From a bacterium (GTDB lineage: Bacteria > RBG-13-61-14 > DATKZS01): a stretch of 64,000 nt of DNA. Position 1 is the first letter of the stretch; every line of letters begins with the position of its first letter. Shown here piece by piece: positions 28,029 to 37,750 of this stretch. The stretch is from assembly GCA_963674965.2 (NCBI GenBank), contig CAXXFL010000007.1, positions 938,379 to 1,002,378 on the forward strand, in the 5' to 3' direction. The notes under the pieces are model-generated. The model was not told the DNA's origin, did not search any database, and saw only the letters and a list, made by a program, of their open reading frames with translations. The translations under genes and the position numbers were made by a program.

Positions 28029-29041
28029 TGGAATCGGCAAGCACGGCCGCTCCCCGGGTCGGCGCCAAGGCCGCCTGCGAGGCCCTGGGCCTGTCGCGAG
28101 CAACGTTTAATCGTCGCGCTAAAATTCCCTTCGGGCCTCCGCCGCCGAGGCGCGCGGCCAAGCCGGCAAGGTCGTTGAGCGAGGACGAGCGGCGCCGGGT
28201 GCTGGACGAACTCCACTCCGAGCGCTTTGCCGACAAGGCCCCCCGCGAGGTCTGGGCAACGCTCCTGGACGAGGGGACATGGCTGTGCTCGGTCCGCACC
28301 ATGTACCGCGTCCTCGACTCGGAAAAGGAAGTCCGGGAGCGGCGCAACCAACTCCGGCGTCCCCGATACAAAAAACCCGAGTTGCTGGCCGAGGCCCCCA
28401 ACCAGGTCTGGTCCTGGGACGTCACCAAACTCAAGGGACCGGCCAAATGGACCTGCTACCAACTCTACGTGATCATGGACATCTTCAGCCGCTGCGTGGT
28501 GGGATGGATGATCGCCGGACGCGAAAGCGCGGAGCTGGCCCGCCGCCTGATCGGGGACAGCATCCGAAAACAGGGGATCGAGCCGGGACAACTCACCATC
28601 CACGCCGACCGGGGGAGTTCGATGAAATCAAAGCCGGTGGCCTTCTTGATGGCCGACCTGGGCGTGACCAAGAGCCACTCGCGGCCCCACGTGTCCGACG
28701 ACAACCCCTACTCGGAAAGCCAGTTCAAGACCATGAAGTACCGGCCCGAGTTCCCGAGCCGGTTCGGCTCCATCGAGGACGCCAGGGCCTTTTGCGTGAA
28801 GTTTTTCGATTGGTACAACCGCGAGCATCGGCACACCGGGATCGGCCTGATGACGCCCGAGATGGTCCATTACGGAATGGCGAGCGAGATCGTGGCCGCC
28901 AGGCAAAAAACGCTCGACCACGCCTATGAAAAAAAACCGGAGCGCTTCGTGAAAAGACCGCCGACGGCGCCGGAGTTGCCCGGCAAAGCGTGGATCAACC
29001 CACCGGCGAAACCGGAGGAAATAAACAGTTTGCCACACTAA
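28025..29041 (+). CDS. IS transposase OrfB (rve/DDE catalytic domain)
   Basis: PNQVWSWDVTKL, IMDIFSR, IHADRGS, DNPYSESQFKTMK, WYNREHRH. Confidence 0.92.
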   Translation: MMESASTAAPRVGAKAACEALGLSRATFNRRAKIPFGPPPPRRAAKPARSLSEDERRRVLDELHSERFADKAPREVWATLLDEGTWLCSVRTMYRVLDSEKEVRERRNQLRRPRYKKPELLAEAPNQVWSWDVTKLKGPAKWTCYQLYVIMDIFSRCVVGWMIAGRESAELARRLIGDSIRKQGIEPGQLTIHADRGSSMKSKPVAFLMADLGVTKSHSRPHVSDDNPYSESQFKTMKYRPEFPSRFGSIEDARAFCVKFFDWYNREHRHTGIGLMTPEMVHYGMASEIVAARQKTLDHAYEKKPERFVKRPPTAPELPGKAWINPPAKPEEINSLPH

Positions 29042-29936
29042 ATTCAGGAAAGGCGTGTCTCATTTTGCTTGACACATTCCGAGTATTGTCGGCGTGTAAC
29101 GCGTTCAATACTATGATATCCGAGCAACCCTTGTTGTTAGAATTGCAGTGCATGCAGTTGAAAATGTCCGAATACTCGCCAGGGTAAGTTTCTCTAGGGA
29201 ATTTGCCCCATCCGAACAGGATAAACTCCGAAATCAATTCCGTTTTCGTGTCGGAGAAAACCATTACCAATTGATCCTTAGCATAGCCATCAACTTCAAC
29301 CGATGGTGAGTATAATAACGATTCATAATATTGGAAATATTCACTCCTGTCTATCTCGAATACAAGGTCGTAAAAGGAGGCGCTTAGGTAGGGTACATTT
29401 CTTATTATGTACGCGATTTCTCCGTTTGATATTTTGTCGTTCTCTTTCGCGATTGTCCTGATATAGTTGGACTCGGCGAAAACATTTTGGTTACCGCGCT
29501 CTCGCTCTGATAGCCAGCACCGACCTAGTTCAATGAGGAAGCAATCATTATGATACCTCTGAAACATCAGCGAGTCGATTGATTCTCTTTCTTTTGATTT
29601 GTCCCATTCACATATTTCGTCATGAGTGACATTGCATTCAGGATACGAGCTGTATTCGACAAGATATTCGGATTTGATGAGTCCATCGGCGGAGTTTAAT
29701 CCGTCGGAAACAATGAGACAAAGGACAAAAACACACCCTATCATTTTCATTATTAATTTCTTATTCATCTATCCAACTCCATTCCATTTTCATTTTGCTA
29801 TTCACTCCAAGTCAGCAATAAGGTCTTTGGCCGCCGCTGGAAAGATGGAAATTCCCATTTTACCCTTCTAGCTAAAACGGGGGTGATTTTGAAATAATTA
29901 TTTTCCATCACTCCCAATATGAACGCCATTCCTGTC

Positions 29937-30060
29937 TTCGTCCTCATGATTTGGCCCCTCGAGGTGAGAAATTAATAAGGCTTGTATAAGCTAAACATAC
30001 TACTTGGCCTTTATATGTCAAGTGGAAAGACAAGGCCCGGGCTGGTGGATGCAAACCGAT
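29937..30060 (-). repeat. ~125-bp duplicated promoter/leader/start, copy B, followed only by a short remnant ORF
   Basis: Near-identical to 25588..25713; ATG 29947 gives MRTKTGMAFILG (compare MRTKIAAALMAFFL) and stops after 49 codons. Confidence 0.85.
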
Positions 30061-30163
30061 CCGGAGCGGGCCGCGGGCCGTCGCGTTTGCCGAATTCCTT
30101 GCAAAGGGGTATATATATTGTTCGATTGAAGCGCGCGATTTGGCCGCGCTTCCAAAGATTTTT

Positions 30164-30853
30164 ATGGCCTTCAATTACAAAGACGTGGTCCCCTGGGGTC
30201 GGAACTTCGACGAGTATCGGAGGATGTTCGCGCTGACGGAGGGGGACCTGGCAAGGAACGTGCTGGGCTGCGCGGACGGGCCGGCGGGGTTTAACGCGAG
30301 GATGAGGGGGATGGGCTTCAGGGTCACCTCGGCGGACCCCTTGTATCTTTTGCCTCGCCGCCTTGTCGAGTGCCGGATCGACGAGACCTACGACAACGTT
30401 ATGGCCCAGACCCTGCGGAACCGGGAGAAGTTCGTATGGCGGGACTTCGAGTCTCCGGCCGAGCTGGGGGAGGTCAGGATGGAGGCCATGCGGGAGTTCC
30501 TGGCCGATTACCACCAGGGCCTTCGGGAGGGAAGGTACGTGGCCGCGGGCCTTCCCGCGCTTCCTTTTCGCGACGGGGCCTTCGGGCTCGCCCTTTGCTC
30601 GCATTACCTTTTTCTATACTCGGACAAGCTGTCCCTCGATTTCCACGCCCGGTCTGTCGAGGAGATGGTCCGGGTGGCGGGCGAGGCCAGGCTCTTTCCC
30701 CTCCTCGATTACAACGCCCGCCCCTCGGTCCACCTCGAGCCCCTGATCGAGAGGCTCGAGGGAAAGGGGCTAAGGGTCGAGATCAAGAAGGTTGACTACG
30801 AGTTCCAGATCGGCGGCGACGAGATGATGGCGGTCTCGCTCGGCGCGGCCTAG
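30164..30853 (+). CDS. SAM-dependent methyltransferase-like protein
   Basis: VVPWGRNFDEYRRMF, CADGPAGFN, LPALPFRDGAFGLALCSHYLFLYS, YEFQIGG. Confidence 0.82.
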   Translation: MAFNYKDVVPWGRNFDEYRRMFALTEGDLARNVLGCADGPAGFNARMRGMGFRVTSADPLYLLPRRLVECRIDETYDNVMAQTLRNREKFVWRDFESPAELGEVRMEAMREFLADYHQGLREGRYVAAGLPALPFRDGAFGLALCSHYLFLYSDKLSLDFHARSVEEMVRVAGEARLFPLLDYNARPSVHLEPLIERLEGKGLRVEIKKVDYEFQIGGDEMMAVSLGAA

Positions 30854-31101
30854 GACTTGCCCCGATACTCCTCGAGCTTGCCCGCGTCGGCCAGGGCCCG
30901 CGTCTCGTCGTAGCCGCCGATGAACTTTCCCCGCAGGACCACCATGGGCACGGTGCGCCAGTTGTACTCGAGCTTCATCCTCTCGAACTCGGCCCGGTCC
31001 TTTAACAAGCGTTCCTCGAACTCGATGCCCAGGTCCGTGAGCAGCGCCTTGGCCATCACGCAAAAGGGGCAGCCCGAGGTGGTGTATACGATGTTCTGCA
31101 T
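30850..31101 (-). CDS. grxC: Glutaredoxin 3-like
   Basis: YTTSGCPFC, TVP, FIGGYD. Confidence 0.88.
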   Translation of the reverse strand: MQNIVYTTSGCPFCVMAKALLTDLGIEFEERLLKDRAEFERMKLEYNWRTVPMVVLRGKFIGGYDETRALADAGKLEEYRGKS

Positions 31102-31149
31102 GTCGTTCCTTTAGTAAGGGTCTATCCGGATAGATGGCGCGGATAAAAA

Positions 31150-32334
31150 TCAAGGACACCCAAGGTTATCGGCGAGGGCTTCACTTTGCGAAAGCGGCCC
31201 TGACTCCTGGACGCTCGTTCGATCAACGTGGTCGATCTTCTTAATGAAGATCATAAACGCCAGAGTCAGCCAGAGATACGCAAGGGCGGCCGCGGGCGCT
31301 AAAAATATCCAAAAGAAATCCCCGTATATTTGATTGGCCGGCCATAGGAGGACTTCAATAAGCCTCGCGAAAAAGTCGCTTCCAATAATTTTGGCGTCGT
31401 TTAGCAAATTGAACGAGACGAATTCAACCCAAAAAGCGTAGAGGAGAATAAGATAAACCAGTGGCCCCGTCTTCAAGGCGATAAACAAAGCAAACTTAAC
31501 CGTCTTGAAAAAATGATAGGCCAAGAAACGCGCCGACGTCTTCAATGTCCCGATTAATCCTTGTCCCTTTATTATGTAAAGCGCGAGGTAGACGGACATG
31601 AAGAAGTGCAAAATAATTGCCAAGGCTAATAGCGCCTTGTCAAGTCCCCAAAATGCCCGCCCGGAAGTACCCGGCTCCAAACCGGCTAACAATGAATATT
31701 CCAGAAGGGCCGCCATGGCCACAAAGGAAACAAGAAAAAGGGTCAGGGCATTTTTTACTAAAATTCCAGCTTTGATTTCCAGTGACTCGGAGGCAAGGTT
31801 GTAATAGACCATAAGCGCCAATTGACACAGGTAGATGATTAAAAGCGGAATCGACAGGGAAATCGCGAACGATATTGGGGAACTTATAATAAAAAAATCA
31901 ATTTTTCCATAAAGCCAAAGATAATAAATACCCGGAAAAATCAAAATGGAAGAAACGGGAAGAGAAATTAAAATCAGGCTTTTCCAATGACCCTTGACAA
32001 ACGCGAAAGACTGGGCGTAGACCTCGCCGTAACTAACCGCGGGCTTTGGTTTTTTCGCGGTCCTTTTCGCGAGAGACCATTTTATCAGGGCGCCTAAAAG
32101 GGAAAAAATAACCGCGCCGGCCAGATAGGGCGCCAGGATGAAGTACGGGCTGTCCCATGGCCGGCTTTCATGATCGTATCCTATCGGGTACCACGTATAC
32201 GTGACGAACGCCGAGAAATGAAAATGCTGGGCGAGGACCATGAACCACGACCAATAAAACAGGGCCTTTCCCGCTCCATCCCTTACCGGCCCTATTGCGG
32301 GCCCCGGCTTCTTTGTCATTTCAATCGTGGTCAT
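31150..32334 (-). CDS. Hypothetical polytopic membrane protein
   Basis: 394-aa ORF with many hydrophobic segments; more AT-rich than its neighbours. Confidence 0.6.
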   Translation of the reverse strand: MTTIEMTKKPGPAIGPVRDGAGKALFYWSWFMVLAQHFHFSAFVTYTWYPIGYDHESRPWDSPYFILAPYLAGAVIFSLLGALIKWSLAKRTAKKPKPAVSYGEVYAQSFAFVKGHWKSLILISLPVSSILIFPGIYYLWLYGKIDFFIISSPISFAISLSIPLLIIYLCQLALMVYYNLASESLEIKAGILVKNALTLFLVSFVAMAALLEYSLLAGLEPGTSGRAFWGLDKALLALAIILHFFMSVYLALYIIKGQGLIGTLKTSARFLAYHFFKTVKFALFIALKTGPLVYLILLYAFWVEFVSFNLLNDAKIIGSDFFARLIEVLLWPANQIYGDFFWIFLAPAAALAYLWLTLAFMIFIKKIDHVDRTSVQESGPLSQSEALADNLGCP

Positions 32335-32575
32335 AACGCGACTCCCTTTACCCTCGAGCGTAATTCAAAAGCAGGATTGCTACAATTCTCAGTATATAGA
32401 TTTCGCGGACGTCCTTCAAGTATTTCAGTCTGACAGTATTTCAGCCTGAATCTATCGAAGATTGATATCCTTGCAACATGGTCCCATGGCTCGGCCGCCG
32501 GCCGGACTTGTTCCTTGCCATTGCCCGGTCTAAACTCATGGGTTAGATAATAATACTTTCACGGGGGAATATATC

Positions 32576-34984
32576 ATGACTATTGCCGCGGCTTGCGACT
32601 CGGGCGTCCAGGTATGGAAGGCGGACGAGGGCCTTTCCAAAAGGGTGAAGCGCCTTCGGGACGAGTACTTCTCCTTCGAGGAGCGCGACCATTTCAGGAA
32701 CGAGGTCATCGGCTACACCACGGGCGAGCCCGACGACGTACTGTTCTCGAGCTACCACTGGGGCGTGGCCCCCGAGGCCTTCATTTTTTCGAAGGCCTTT
32801 ACGGACACCCTGGCCGCCTCGGCCGTGAAGGTTACGCTCCCCCCCGGCTTCTGGGGCATGTCGCTTCCCCGGCGGCGGGCGGTCTTCTTCAGCGAGGTGG
32901 TGACCAAGTACATGCCCGTCCAGATACTGGAGGGCGAGCTTATTGCGGGCGGCCACTTTAACACGGCCCTTTCCAAGACCCTCACGCCCGAGGAGACCAA
33001 GGAGTGGAAGAAGCGGGAGAAGAAGTGGTTCAGGAAGAGCCTGGTCATGAACGTGTTCGGGATCGGCAACTGCGGCGCCGTGCCCGGGCATCTCATTCCC
33101 GATTATCCCTCGGTAATCAAGAACGGCTTCAAGGGGCTGGTGGAGAAGTTCGAGGGCCTCAAGGACAAAAAGCCCGCCGGGCATCGCGACTATCTCGAGG
33201 CCCTTATCGTATGCGCCGAGGCGGCCCGGGACTTCGCCGCCCGCTACGCCGGCCTCGCCGACAAACTGGCCCGGGCCGAGAAGGACGCCGGCCGGGCGGC
33301 CGAGCTTCGGGAGATGGCCCGTATCTGCCGCAAGGTCCCGTGGGAGCCGGCCGGGACCTTCCAGGAGGCGCTCCAGTCTCTTTGGATCACGCACATGCTG
33401 GTCATGTCGGCCGAGTCATATCCCGGGCCAGGTCTCTCACCGGGCCGGGTGGACCAGTACCTCTATCCATATTATAAGTCCGACCTCGAGAGCGGCCGGA
33501 TAACGCGGGACTGGGCCAAGGAGCTGATCCTCTGCTGGATGATCAAGCATAATTACGCCTACGACTTCATGGGCCGGGTGGGCACCAAGCAGGGCATCAA
33601 CTCGTCCTTTGGCCAGCTCATCACCATCGGCGGCCTGGGACCGAACGGCGAGGACATGAGCAACGACCTTACCATGCTCCTGCTCGACGCCATCGAGGAA
33701 CTGAACATGCTCGAGCCCAAGCCCAACGTGAGGCTGCACAAGAACGTCGGGGAGGGGGTCCTGGACAAGGTGGTGCACATGGTGGCCAAGGCCCAGGGTT
33801 CACCCTTTTTGCTCAACTTCGACGAGATATCCATGAAGGCCCTGAGGTGGGCCGGCCTTCCCGAGGACAAGCTGTGGGACTACGCGCCGGTGGGCTGCCT
33901 CGAGAACACGCTCCAGGGCAACGACCGCTCGGGCACGGTGGACGTGAACCTCAACCTGGCCAAGCCGGTCGAGTTGGTCTTCGGCTCGGGCCGGGACCTG
34001 AAGCTGATAAAGCGGATCGGGGCCAGGACCCCGGACGCGGCGTCTCTATCTTCCTTCGCGGAGTTCAAGGCCGCCTACTTCGCCCAGCTCTCGAAACTGG
34101 TGGATTACATCCTCGAGATGGCGGAGGAGGCCGACGCCATGCGGGCCAAGTTCGAGCCGACCCCCTATCTGTCGGCCCTGGTGGGCGGCTGCGCCGAGTC
34201 GGGCAGGGACGTGACCGCCGGGGGCGCCGAGCACAACTTCATCACCGTGGAGGGAGTGGCCTTCGCCACGGCCGTGGACTCCCTGGCGGCGGTGAAGAAG
34301 CTGGTCTTCGAGGAGGGCCGTGTCAAGATGGCGGACCTGAAAAAGGCCGTCAAGAAAAACTTCGAGGGCCACGAGCCGCTAAGGCAGATGCTTATCAACC
34401 GGGCCCCCAAGTACGGGAACGACGACCCCGAGGCGGACGGCATAGCGGCCGAGCTTAACTCCTTCCTGGCGGAAAAGGTCGGAGCGAGAAAATCCCCCGC
34501 CACGGGCCGGCGCTACAGGATGGGGTATCTCTCCTGGAACTACTGGGTGATCTACGCCGCGGCCACCCACGCCACTCCCGACGGCCGGAAGCGTGGAACG
34601 TACTTGAGCAACGGCGTCTGCCCCGTCACCGGCGCCGACCACAAGGGCCCCGTGTCGGTGGCCCGGTCGGTCTTTTCCATGAACCTCGAGAAGGCGCCCA
34701 ACGGCGGGTCGCACACCATTTCCCTCAACCCGGCCATGGCCCGGACCGAGCACGGGCGGGAGAACATCAAGGCCTACCTCCGCGCCTACGGGGTGCAGGG
34801 GGGAAGCGCCCTCCAGATCAACATGATCGACCCCGCCACCCTGCGCAAGGCCCAGGCCAACCCTGGAGAATACGGCAACCTCCTGGTGCGGGTCACCGGA
34901 TACAACGCCTACTTCACCTCGCTGGGCAAGGAAATACAGGACGAAATAATCGCCCGTGAAAGCCACAGGCTGGGAGGAGAATGA
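32576..34984 (+). CDS. Glycyl radical enzyme (PFL superfamily), substrate unknown
   Basis: GELIAG, GHLIPDY, FQEALQSLW, GRVDQYLYPYY, Cys loop GCLE, PKYGND, ATPDGR, Gly loop LLVRVTGYNAYF. Confidence 0.93.
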   Translation: MTIAAACDSGVQVWKADEGLSKRVKRLRDEYFSFEERDHFRNEVIGYTTGEPDDVLFSSYHWGVAPEAFIFSKAFTDTLAASAVKVTLPPGFWGMSLPRRRAVFFSEVVTKYMPVQILEGELIAGGHFNTALSKTLTPEETKEWKKREKKWFRKSLVMNVFGIGNCGAVPGHLIPDYPSVIKNGFKGLVEKFEGLKDKKPAGHRDYLEALIVCAEAARDFAARYAGLADKLARAEKDAGRAAELREMARICRKVPWEPAGTFQEALQSLWITHMLVMSAESYPGPGLSPGRVDQYLYPYYKSDLESGRITRDWAKELILCWMIKHNYAYDFMGRVGTKQGINSSFGQLITIGGLGPNGEDMSNDLTMLLLDAIEELNMLEPKPNVRLHKNVGEGVLDKVVHMVAKAQGSPFLLNFDEISMKALRWAGLPEDKLWDYAPVGCLENTLQGNDRSGTVDVNLNLAKPVELVFGSGRDLKLIKRIGARTPDAASLSSFAEFKAAYFAQLSKLVDYILEMAEEADAMRAKFEPTPYLSALVGGCAESGRDVTAGGAEHNFITVEGVAFATAVDSLAAVKKLVFEEGRVKMADLKKAVKKNFEGHEPLRQMLINRAPKYGNDDPEADGIAAELNSFLAEKVGARKSPATGRRYRMGYLSWNYWVIYAAATHATPDGRKRGTYLSNGVCPVTGADHKGPVSVARSVFSMNLEKAPNGGSHTISLNPAMARTEHGRENIKAYLRAYGVQGGSALQINMIDPATLRKAQANPGEYGNLLVRVTGYNAYFTSLGKEIQDEIIARESHRLGGE

Positions 34985-34985
34985 A

Positions 34986-35813
34986 ATGGGAGCCATGAAA
35001 GGCCCGGCCGCCGCCGCCTTTACCAAGATGTCCTATCACAAGTTCGCCGCCACCGTGAACGAAAAGGGCGAGCCCAACGTGGTGCCCCTTTTAAGCGCGC
35101 GCATGATCGATCCTGACACCATCGCCTTCGCCAAGTTCATGGTATGGAAGACTAGACGAAACTTCGAGGCCAACGGCAAGATAACCTTCGCCTGTCCCGG
35201 TCCCGGCGGCAAGAGCTACGCGGCCAAGGGCGAGTTCACCGAGTGGCGGACGGAGGGGCCCATCCTGGAGGAGTTCGAAAAGGAGCCGCTCTACCGGTAC
35301 AACGCCTACATGGGCGCGAACCTCATCGGAATAGTCAAGGTGAAAGAAGTCCTCGAGTTTCCCGGGGAAGGCATGATAAAGCCGCTCATCTCGGCCCTGG
35401 CCGTAAAGCCTCCAGCGCCCCGCGAGAACGGGGGACCCATGGGCGCGAGGGTGATGGAGAAATGGGGCCGCAGGCTGGCCATCAAGTTCATCGGCATGAT
35501 CGATAAAAAAGGAGACCCCATTGCCCTGCCCCTCCAGCGCCTGACGGTCCTTAATTCCTCGACCATGGCCTTCCCCATGAGGCGGGACATAAGGCCCCTG
35601 GCCGACCTGAAAAAGGGCGACCGCGTGGCCGCCTCGGTGCTGGTCCTGGACCCCTCGGGCTACCAGGTAAAGGGTCGGTTCCTCGGGGCCGAGCGCCTGG
35701 CCGGCAAGGAGCACGGCTTTATCAGCGTGGACGAGGTCTATACCGCGTCCCCCCCGGTCCCGGGCCGCCGCATATACCCCCTCGACGACTACCTGACCCG
35801 GCTCGAGGCTTGA
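34986..35813 (+). CDS. Tandem pyridoxamine-5'-phosphate-oxidase-like (split-barrel) protein
   Basis: Two related halves: KFAATVNEKGEPNVVP..KTRRNFEANG and KFIGMIDKKGDPIALP..YQVKGRF..VDEVY. Confidence 0.68.
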   Translation: MGAMKGPAAAAFTKMSYHKFAATVNEKGEPNVVPLLSARMIDPDTIAFAKFMVWKTRRNFEANGKITFACPGPGGKSYAAKGEFTEWRTEGPILEEFEKEPLYRYNAYMGANLIGIVKVKEVLEFPGEGMIKPLISALAVKPPAPRENGGPMGARVMEKWGRRLAIKFIGMIDKKGDPIALPLQRLTVLNSSTMAFPMRRDIRPLADLKKGDRVAASVLVLDPSGYQVKGRFLGAERLAGKEHGFISVDEVYTASPPVPGRRIYPLDDYLTRLEA

Positions 35814-36159
35814 ACAATCCCGGGGAAGCGAGCGAGTCCGCGGCGGGGCCCGCGTCCCGGTTGTCGGCGCCGTGCCGGCCGGGGGTGGCGCGGGGATCGA
35901 CCGCCCGTTTCACTGTGGCTGGCCTATGGGTATCTTTCCAGGACAGCCCCATTCAAAGTACCTTAATCCCATGCTCGATCCTGAGATTTGTATTCCCGTC
36001 TATACCTCTGGTCATGGGCCGTTAATGTCTTGGCGTTTTCCGGTCCAATAGAAACTCCCACTTTTTTCGTCTCACCGATTCTGATAATATGGCCCCATCG
36101 TTATTCAACTCTCGGACCGGCGGTCGCGCTCTCCGAGAGTCGCTTTGAGGAGGACCGCG

Positions 36160-36681
36160 ATGAAGATACTGATAGCGTATTTCAGTCAGACCGGCAACAC
36201 TGAGAAGGTGGCCAGGGCGATCAAGGAGGAGGTTTCCTCGGCGCATGACGCGGCCATCCGCCGGGTGGAGGAAATCGGGGCGGACGACCTCGAGTCCCTC
36301 GGCCTCGTCTTTATCGGTTCCCCCATCCACGCCGGGGGACTGGCCAAGCCCGCGGCCGATTTCATCGCCTCATTGTCCGGGTCGGACGTCCCGGCCGCGG
36401 CCGGGTTCGTGACCCACAGCGCGCCCGCCTATCAAAGGGAAGGCTTTGAAAAGGGCCTCGAGGGCCTGGAGAAGGGGCTCGGGCAAAAGGGGATAAAGTA
36501 TCTTGGGTGCTTCGACTGCCAGGGCAAGCTGGACCCGAAGATACAGCCTTTCGTTCAGCAAAAGTTCGGCCACGACGACGAGACCTGGTCCGAGATGATG
36601 TCCAAAACCGACCCTCACCCCGACGAGGAGGACCTTGCCAGGGCCGCGGTCTTCGCCAGGGAAACCCTGGAGAAATTGTGA
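36160..36681 (+). CDS. Flavodoxin-like protein
   Basis: MKILIAYFSQTGNTEKVA, FIGSPIH, FDCQG, HPDEEDL; GAGGAGG RBS. Confidence 0.88.
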   Translation: MKILIAYFSQTGNTEKVARAIKEEVSSAHDAAIRRVEEIGADDLESLGLVFIGSPIHAGGLAKPAADFIASLSGSDVPAAAGFVTHSAPAYQREGFEKGLEGLEKGLGQKGIKYLGCFDCQGKLDPKIQPFVQQKFGHDDETWSEMMSKTDPHPDEEDLARAAVFARETLEKL

Positions 36682-36701
36682 CCCTTGAAGGCTTGCCGGC
36701 G

Positions 36702-37610
36702 CTAGAGCCTTCCTTCCTTTTTCATTTCCGCGGCCAGGTCCAGGTCGAGGGGAAAGACGCCGTCTTTGAATTCGGCGTTATAGGACCGGGCCTGGCTGGG
36801 GCACTTCTCGACGCATAATCCACATCCCATGCAGGCTTCCTCATTGTAAACCGGCCGTCCGTGCTCGTCGGAGGTGATGGCGTCGAAGATGCAGACCTGG
36901 GCGCAGGTCCCGCAGGTGTCGCACTTGTTGGGGTCGTGGTCAACCTTATAGCCGGAGGGGGCCACGTTGGTGATTCCCTCCGCCCCCTTGATTTTTTTCA
37001 CCACTCTCATTCCCTGAAGTCCGCCGCAGCAGCACGAGCAGCAGTTGCAGATGACTCCGGTCCTGCCCCCGGTGGCCACCTTGAACCAGGCCGTGGTAAT
37101 GCAGCCGTCGGCCCTTCTGTCCTTGACGATCTGGAGGGCCTCCTCCTTGGATATCCTTCTCGGGTGAAACCTGGTCCCATGCTCGAGCCAAAGCTGGGCG
37201 AAGACCTTGCCCACGGCCAGGCACGTGCTTACCGGCTCGCAATGGGTCTCGCGAGAAAGGCGGCAGGGGCAGTCCATGACGGCCAGCCACTCGGGTTCCT
37301 CGATTATTATCTTGTTGGCGTAAGGGAAAGGGATTATTTGCTCGGCCGGGCCGTAGTTCACGTCCTTGTCGAGCTTGATGATCTTGGCCGCCTCGTTGGG
37401 AGTTATCACCTTGGCGTGATACCGCGCGTAGACCATCTTGAATAGCCGGCCGGTAGGGCGGAAGTTTCCCAGCGCGCCGATGACCAGGTCACCCATCTTG
37501 AGGAATATCTTGACGTAGGGATCGTATCGCGAAAAATACAGCCAGTTATGAAAAGCCCGGTCGATCCTCCAACCGTGCAGCTTGAGTATACTCCTGGTGG
37601 ACTCCTTCAT
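36702..37610 (-). CDS. Cys-rich 4Fe-4S ferredoxin-domain protein
   Basis: DCPCR..C....C, ICNCCSCCCG, and two C-terminal CxxCxxCxxxC motifs. Confidence 0.82.
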   Translation of the reverse strand: MKESTRSILKLHGWRIDRAFHNWLYFSRYDPYVKIFLKMGDLVIGALGNFRPTGRLFKMVYARYHAKVITPNEAAKIIKLDKDVNYGPAEQIIPFPYANKIIIEEPEWLAVMDCPCRLSRETHCEPVSTCLAVGKVFAQLWLEHGTRFHPRRISKEEALQIVKDRRADGCITTAWFKVATGGRTGVICNCCSCCCGGLQGMRVVKKIKGAEGITNVAPSGYKVDHDPNKCDTCGTCAQVCIFDAITSDEHGRPVYNEEACMGCGLCVEKCPSQARSYNAEFKDGVFPLDLDLAAEMKKEGRL

Positions 37611-37662
37611 TTATCCTCCCATGCCGGCCTTGTCGGGGACGAGCCTCCGGACCATCTGGCGT

Positions 37663-37746
37663 TCCCGTCGCGAGCGGGCGGCTCCACCCAACTTTGGATG
37701 GCGCGGGCGGACAAGTTTGGATCGAAGCCGCCCGCTCGCGACGGGA
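37663..37746. repeat. Perfect 21-bp intergenic inverted repeat
   Basis: TCCCGTCGCGAGCGGGCGGCT (37663-83) and AGCCGCCCGCTCGCGACGGGA (37726-46). Confidence 0.8.
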
Positions 37747-37750
37747 CCGT

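Larger units (their letters stand above)
27420..29081 (+). mobile_element. IS3-family insertion sequence (1662 bp)
   Basis: 3-bp target duplication AGT (27417-19 and 29082-84); imperfect 27-bp IRs CCCTCTGTGCCAACGTAGATGAGACAC and rc CGGAATGTGTCAAGCAAAATGAGACAC; orfA plus DDE orfB; GC-rich inside an AT-rich gene. Confidence 0.9.
27126..29768 (-). pseudogene. Paralog 2 of the Cys-rich exported protein, interrupted by an IS
   Basis: 5' part 29768-29082 and 3' part 27416-27126. Removing the IS and one AGT copy restores ...NALHADNTDNYNKC..., matching DALSAGSLDDYNKC of paralog 1. Confidence 0.88.

Noticed and set aside
28995-29081. C-terminus of the 257-aa ORF (RNVSSKMRHAF...)
   Set aside because: Read-through into the IS right end, not part of the native protein.
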